Assembly (NCBI GenBank): GCA_030699125.1
Contig: JAUYKM010000018.1
Coordinates: forward strand, 34,884 to 98,883
Length of the DNA: 64,000 nucleotides
Direction of reading: 5' to 3'
DNA from: Candidatus Daviesbacteria bacterium
Lineage (GTDB): Bacteria > Patescibacteriota > Microgenomatia > Daviesbacterales > UBA10151
Position 1 is the stretch's first letter, and each line of letters opens with the position of its first letter. Below, in pieces: positions 57,767 to 64,000 of the stretch. The notes beneath the pieces were generated by a model. That model searched no databases. It worked only from the letters and a program-made list of their open reading frames with translations, and was not told the origin of the DNA. The translations under genes were made by a program, and so were the position numbers.

Positions 57767-58644
57767 AAAATTTTGCCATTTTTGCCGGCTTAATTTTTTC
57801 TGGAACCTTATTTGTTGGTGAAAATCAGATAAAAGCAATCGAAGCTTTTCTACTTTTTTGTGGGTTCTCTTCTGCCACATATTTTCTTAATGATGTCTTC
57901 GATATTGAAAGAGATAGACTACATCCTTTCAAGAGAAAACGGCCTATTGCCTCTGGAATCGTTCCAATTCCTGTTGCTGTCTCAATTGCATTGTTTTTAA
58001 TTGCCACGTTACTGCCTTTATCATATAGGCTTTCACCAGCCTTCTTTTTTGCCTCATTATTTTATTTAATAATACAACTGCTCTATTCTTCATATCTAAA
58101 ACAGATAATTTTAATTGATGTATTGGTGATAGCAGCAGGATTTGTTTTAAGAGTTTATGCCGGAGTTTGGGCCATTGATGCACATCTTAATGTTTGGTTT
58201 CTACTCTCTGTTACTTCTTTCGCTCTTTTTCTGGCCATTGGAAAAAGGAGATCAGAATTAACTTTAATGCAATCCAAAGCTGCCCAACATAGAGAAACAC
58301 TGCTGCATTATCCTGAAAATCTACTTGATATATTAACTTCCATGTTTGCCAATTCCACCTGGTTAACTTATGCTTTTTTTGCCTTTTTACAACCACCTAT
58401 CATAGCCCGTCCTTATCTATCCAATTTTTTAGGAGGTTTTGATGTCTATTTGAGCGAGGCAAAATATCTAATGGCCACAGTACCTATAGTTATCTATGCG
58501 GTTATGAGGTATCTATACATTATTTATGAGAAAAAAGAAGGCGAGTCTCCAGAAAGAGTCATTATCTCAGATAAACCACTTCTTATAACTGTGCTACTTT
58601 ATGTCGTGATGCTGATTGGAATTATTTATTATCTAGGGTCTTAA
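57712..58644 (+). CDS. UbiA family decaprenyl-phosphate phosphoribosyltransferase-like
   Basis: RPRQWIKN, NDVFDIERDRLHP.KRKRPIASG, GFVLRV.AG, KRRSEL. Confidence 0.88.
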   Translation: MVKLFWGIIKTARPRQWIKNFAIFAGLIFSGTLFVGENQIKAIEAFLLFCGFSSATYFLNDVFDIERDRLHPFKRKRPIASGIVPIPVAVSIALFLIATLLPLSYRLSPAFFFASLFYLIIQLLYSSYLKQIILIDVLVIAAGFVLRVYAGVWAIDAHLNVWFLLSVTSFALFLAIGKRRSELTLMQSKAAQHRETLLHYPENLLDILTSMFANSTWLTYAFFAFLQPPIIARPYLSNFLGGFDVYLSEAKYLMATVPIVIYAVMRYLYIIYEKKEGESPERVIISDKPLLITVLLYVVMLIGIIYYLGS

Positions 58645-58705
58645 AATTCAAAAGAAACATTAGGAAGAAATCCCTTTTAAAAAAGTATTAAGATAAAATA
58701 GTTAC

Positions 58706-59164
58706 TTACTGACCAAATTTTACGCTTCCTATTTCTAGAAGATTCGCTCTTTCGTCTTCTAAATCGTTCCCGTCTACTTTAACTCCAGCTCTGGCATGAA
58801 GTGCTATTCCTTCAATTAAGTTCCTAATTCTGTAGACATCATTTCTTGATAATTTGTCTACAAAAATTTCCGGTCCCCCTGTTAAACTCTGTATATGCAC
58901 ATGACCAAAAAAAGGTCCTGCTGAGGCATTCACACAAGCAATGTCTGTAGCCATAATGGAAATAACCTCATCAGCCCATGGTCCGTCATTCCTTACCCAA
59001 ATCACTCTCAGCTCCTCAATGATCAAATCATCCCGAAAAAATGTCAACGGGAAAAGCTGTTTAAATCTTGCCAAAACTCTGGAAGTATTATTCTGGCTGA
59101 CTAATGGTCTTACACCAAAAACTTGGTCTAACTGCCAAATATCTGATTGGGCAACGTATTTCAT
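58706..59164 (-). CDS. Bacterial PH-domain-like hypothetical protein
   Basis: FPLTFFRDDLII...ISI...DIA.V....GPFFG; SD GGAGGTG; coupled to MarR gene. Confidence 0.55.
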   Translation of the reverse strand: MKYVAQSDIWQLDQVFGVRPLVSQNNTSRVLARFKQLFPLTFFRDDLIIEELRVIWVRNDGPWADEVISIMATDIACVNASAGPFFGHVHIQSLTGGPEIFVDKLSRNDVYRIRNLIEGIALHARAGVKVDGNDLEDERANLLEIGSVKFGQ

Positions 59165-59595
59165 TTCTCACCTCCTTTCCATTGATTTAAATAAAAATTA
59201 ACTTTATCCAAGATCATGTTAAAGTGTTGCGCCTCTCTCGTTGATAATTTCTCTTTTAAAAATGTATCCAGCTTAAAGGCTTGTTTTTTTATTTGATTGG
59301 CTATTTGTTGTCCTTTTGCAGTCAACATCATGGTATGCTTTCTTCTATCTGAGGAAAGATTCTCTCTTTTGACCAGCTCATGTTTTTCCAACTCGTCAAT
59401 CAGGCTGACCACCGAAGCAGGGTCTAGATTTAGTTTAGCGGCAATCTGAGTTTGGGTAACATTTTTTTCAGAATCAATAATTATTAGGGCATAAGACTCT
59501 GAATAAGAAAGTGAGACAAAGGGGGATTTAAAAGCCACGAATTTTTGTATTTTTCTCCCCAAATTGCTGGTGTGAAAAATCAAGGTATGTCTCAT
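59161..59595 (-). CDS. MarR family transcriptional regulator
   Basis: TQTQIAAKLNLDPASVVSLIDELE, SDRRK..LTAKG. Confidence 0.92.
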   Translation of the reverse strand: MRHTLIFHTSNLGRKIQKFVAFKSPFVSLSYSESYALIIIDSEKNVTQTQIAAKLNLDPASVVSLIDELEKHELVKRENLSSDRRKHTMMLTAKGQQIANQIKKQAFKLDTFLKEKLSTREAQHFNMILDKVNFYLNQWKGGEK

Positions 59596-59606
59596 ACAGA
59601 CTCCTT

Positions 59607-59664
59607 TCTAATAATTCGGAAGGAAACAATTAGAAATCTAACAGATTTTAGGAAGATTGTCAAG
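59607..59664 (-). promoter_or_regulatory. marR promoter and candidate autoregulatory operator
   Basis: TTGACA-17-TAGATT followed by imperfect inverted repeat TTCTAATTGTT...AATTATTAGAA. Confidence 0.55.
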
Positions 59665-59668
59665 TCAA

Positions 59669-60466
59669 CTATTTTTTCTGGGTATAGGCTGAGGAAACAT
59701 ACCCTTCAGTACCGTCAGGAAGTCTCACTCTATCCCATCCTGATAATTCCTCTAGCAGTATCAGCGTATCCCCGGGATTAGCTCTGGCAATTTCTTTTGA
59801 AGTAGTTGTCGGTCTTTCTCTCACTCTCAAAAAATCAGTCGGAGTATTGGTAATGGTGACTTGTTCAGTTTGGCTAATAATGGGAGTTGGAATATTAGTC
59901 AAATCCGCCTCAGATAAGGCCAAATCAGCTGAGATAGTCAGAGAAAATCCTTGTGGTAGAGTAGCTTTGATACTTCTTTTAAGGTAACTGGAACGGCTAA
60001 TTAGAATGGTGCGTTCTCCACTTTCTAAATTAATACTGATGGGGGTTTGACCATAGCTTTTACCATCTACTTCTATATCTGCTCCCGATGGATTAGAAAT
60101 AATTGTCATTCCTCTACCTTTCTCCAAAGTTAAAATTTCACCTGCTTGAGAGGTGGGATCATCTGATAATTCTCTATTAATAACAGTTAAAGTACCGGCA
60201 GTCAGTTTAATTTTTCCTTGCCATAAGGATTTATCTTTTTCTATTCTAATCAAATACTCTTTTGCTAAGAGTTCTTTATTTTCATAAGGAGTTTTACCCA
60301 CTTCTTGATTATCCAGAAAAACAACTGCCTCGGTCGGATTAGACATTATAGAAATTCCGCTGCGTGGTTTAATACCTAAAAAAATTTCGGTAAGAGCAGG
60401 CGTGAAACGAATTACCAATATTAATAAACTTAATAAAATTAAGACAAAAAATAATATTTTTTTCAT
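59669..60466 (-). CDS. PEGA-domain + SH3b-domain membrane-anchored protein
   Basis: SNP..A.VFLD...GKTP twice; LRVRE.P...IAR...WDRVRL..G.EGYVSS. Confidence 0.85.
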   Translation of the reverse strand: MKKILFFVLILLSLLILVIRFTPALTEIFLGIKPRSGISIMSNPTEAVVFLDNQEVGKTPYENKELLAKEYLIRIEKDKSLWQGKIKLTAGTLTVINRELSDDPTSQAGEILTLEKGRGMTIISNPSGADIEVDGKSYGQTPISINLESGERTILISRSSYLKRSIKATLPQGFSLTISADLALSEADLTNIPTPIISQTEQVTITNTPTDFLRVRERPTTTSKEIARANPGDTLILLEELSGWDRVRLPDGTEGYVSSAYTQKK

Positions 60467-60564
60467 TTAGTATTATTATACCCTAAATATTAACCCATCT
60501 ATTTTTGACTTTCCATTAATTTTATGCTATATTAGCGCTTCACAAAAACTTAAATTAAATAGCT

Positions 60565-61212
60565 TTGAAAGTTTTTGCGAAAAACCTTCTGTCTAAGAAA
60601 GTTTTAAGAGGGGTCGCCCTAAACTTTAAGCTTTCCAAAATTAAGCCCAGGTTCCAATCTAAGGTTTTAAGGCTTATATTTTTTTGGCCTAAATTGGCCA
60701 TTGTGATTTCAGCCCTTATTTTTTTAACGGGCTACTTCCCCTACTCCACTTTTCATCCGATTAGCATATCCACGGCCTACGCTGAGAAAAATGAGCAAAC
60801 CGATGAGGTTATCGCCCAATCATTTCCTCAACCAATCAGCCTGCCGCATTCCGGCTATCTTTCCAGTCGTTTTTCCAGATTTCATCCTGGTATAGACATT
60901 GCCTCTAACCTAAAATCTGCCATTCATCCAATCACTGCAGGTGTTGTGGAGGAGATAAATTATGGTTTCTTGGGTTATGGCAATAATGTAATAATTACCC
61001 ATCCCAATGATTTTAAATCACTTTATGGACATATGGGAAAAATATTTGTCCAAAAAAATCAATCAGTAACTGCTGAGGATGTCATTGGAGAAATAGGACT
61101 AACTGGATTTACTTCCGGTCCGCATACCCATTTAGAAATAACTTATCAGGGAAGGTATATTGATCCTATCATGATACTGCCAGAAATTCCCCCTATGCCT
61201 TTAGCTAAGTAA
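60565..61212 (+). CDS. M23 family peptidase
   Basis: HPGID, GYGNNV, YGHM, TGFTSGPHTHLE; start uncertain. Confidence 0.9.
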   Translation: MKVFAKNLLSKKVLRGVALNFKLSKIKPRFQSKVLRLIFFWPKLAIVISALIFLTGYFPYSTFHPISISTAYAEKNEQTDEVIAQSFPQPISLPHSGYLSSRFSRFHPGIDIASNLKSAIHPITAGVVEEINYGFLGYGNNVIITHPNDFKSLYGHMGKIFVQKNQSVTAEDVIGEIGLTGFTSGPHTHLEITYQGRYIDPIMILPEIPPMPLAK

Positions 61213-61798
61213 TAATTTCACCTTCAACTGCAGTAACAGGGGTAGCTCTTAAACCAAGTTGTTCTCTTTCCCTATTAATCAGTCTTTCCATTAAGTTTTT
61301 GATCTCTATTGGATAATCAATATTTTTCAGAACTATTTCACCTTTAGAAACTCCGGCAGTATTAACAATAATTGAGCCGTGATGAAGAAATAATCTATCA
61401 ACAAATGATTGGTCAACTTCCAAGTGAGTGATTTTATCATAAAGAGTGGCTGTTAATCTGACTCCAAAAATACCTCTTTTGATAATTACTCTTCTGGTGG
61501 TTAACAAATATCTATTGGCGTGATAAAGGTGGGCTGTTTTAATAAATGCCACAAATGATGTCAGTAAAATGGCCAAAATAGCTGTCCATAATCTTTCCAG
61601 ATGAAAGAACCACCCCAAACCTAATCCTAAGGCGGCAAAGATCAAGCCGGGAAACATTAAATACATGATAAATTTAGACCTGATGAAAGCTTTGGATAAT
61701 CCTGTTGCCAAAACTAAATCTTCATCCTCAGACAGATATTTTTCAAAGGCTTTTTTTTGGGAAAGTGCTGGTGATTCCTTATAATGATACTTAGCCAT
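61205..61798 (-). CDS. Membrane protein with bacterial PH (bPH_2) domain
   Basis: Two TM helices then YLLTTRRVIIKRG...DKI...QS..DRLF..GSI. Confidence 0.8.
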   Translation of the reverse strand: MAKYHYKESPALSQKKAFEKYLSEDEDLVLATGLSKAFIRSKFIMYLMFPGLIFAALGLGLGWFFHLERLWTAILAILLTSFVAFIKTAHLYHANRYLLTTRRVIIKRGIFGVRLTATLYDKITHLEVDQSFVDRLFLHHGSIIVNTAGVSKGEIVLKNIDYPIEIKNLMERLINREREQLGLRATPVTAVEGEIIT

Positions 61799-61814
61799 TC
61801 ACCTAATTGTATCA

Positions 61815-63765
<1,951 letters not shown>

Positions 63766-63797
63766 ATGAAATAAACTTGGGGCAGAATGTGCAATGA

Positions 63798-63837
63798 GTT
63801 ATATCAAAAACTAGCAGACTTTGTCAAGAGGTGCTAA
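63798..63837 (-). promoter_or_regulatory. CIRCE operator overlapping the groES promoter
   Basis: TTAGCACCT-CTTGACAAA-GTCTGCTAG (63811-63837) with -35 TTGACA in the spacer; extended -10 TGATATAAC. Confidence 0.8.
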
Positions 63838-64000
63838 GACTTTTAACTTTTTGTTTGTATATATCTAACACCTGAGGCCTCATATCATTAGGATGAAAAT
63901 ATAAAGCTCCATCTTTTATCCTCTCCATGCCTTGGGGTGATTTCATACACCACATTTGGAATTTCTTAACTAAATTCTCGAAAATATCAAAAATAGAATA
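63824..64000 (-). CDS. Probable 3' end of an ORF entering from the right edge
   Basis: Open frame YSIFDIFENLVKKFQMWCMKSPQG...YKQKVKSLSTS*; no motif recognised. Confidence 0.35.
   Translation of the reverse strand, partial: YSIFDIFENLVKKFQMWCMKSPQGMERIKDGALYFHPNDMRPQVLDIYKQKVKSLSTS

Overview
AT-rich bacterial chromosomal window using the standard genetic code (TGA used as stop). Gene content and protein style (short AlaRS, IF2, MetRS, HrcA; PilN/PilO; pilin-like membrane proteins; few metabolic genes) suggest a Patescibacteria/CPR organism, probably Microgenomates (inference). It carries housekeeping blocks: alaS; nusA-infB-DHH-rpsO-pnp-rnj-ftsK-sua5-rodZ; hrcA-grpE-dnaK-dnaJ; lepA-murJ-rpsT; tpiA; pcrA; sbcDC; metG-tatD; a glycan cluster; groES-groEL. 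No rRNA, tRNA, CRISPR array, transposase or reverse transcriptase was recognised. Main unusual signals: (1) several families of short palindromes and heptamer tandem repeats, both intergenic and inserted in-frame in essential proteins (DnaK, TpiA, PNPase, GrpE, IF2, LepA, PcrA, HolA, TatD, FemX); (2) two independent copies of a DUF5678-like + retropepsin-like protease pair, each followed by a pilin-like surface protein gene and a REP-like hairpin; (3) a probable orphan DGR target gene with an adenine-depleted 3' variable region; (4) pervasive leaderless promoter architecture; (5) candidate RNA leaders for nusA, rpsO and pnp, and two CIRCE operators. All family names come from motif recognition, not database searches.
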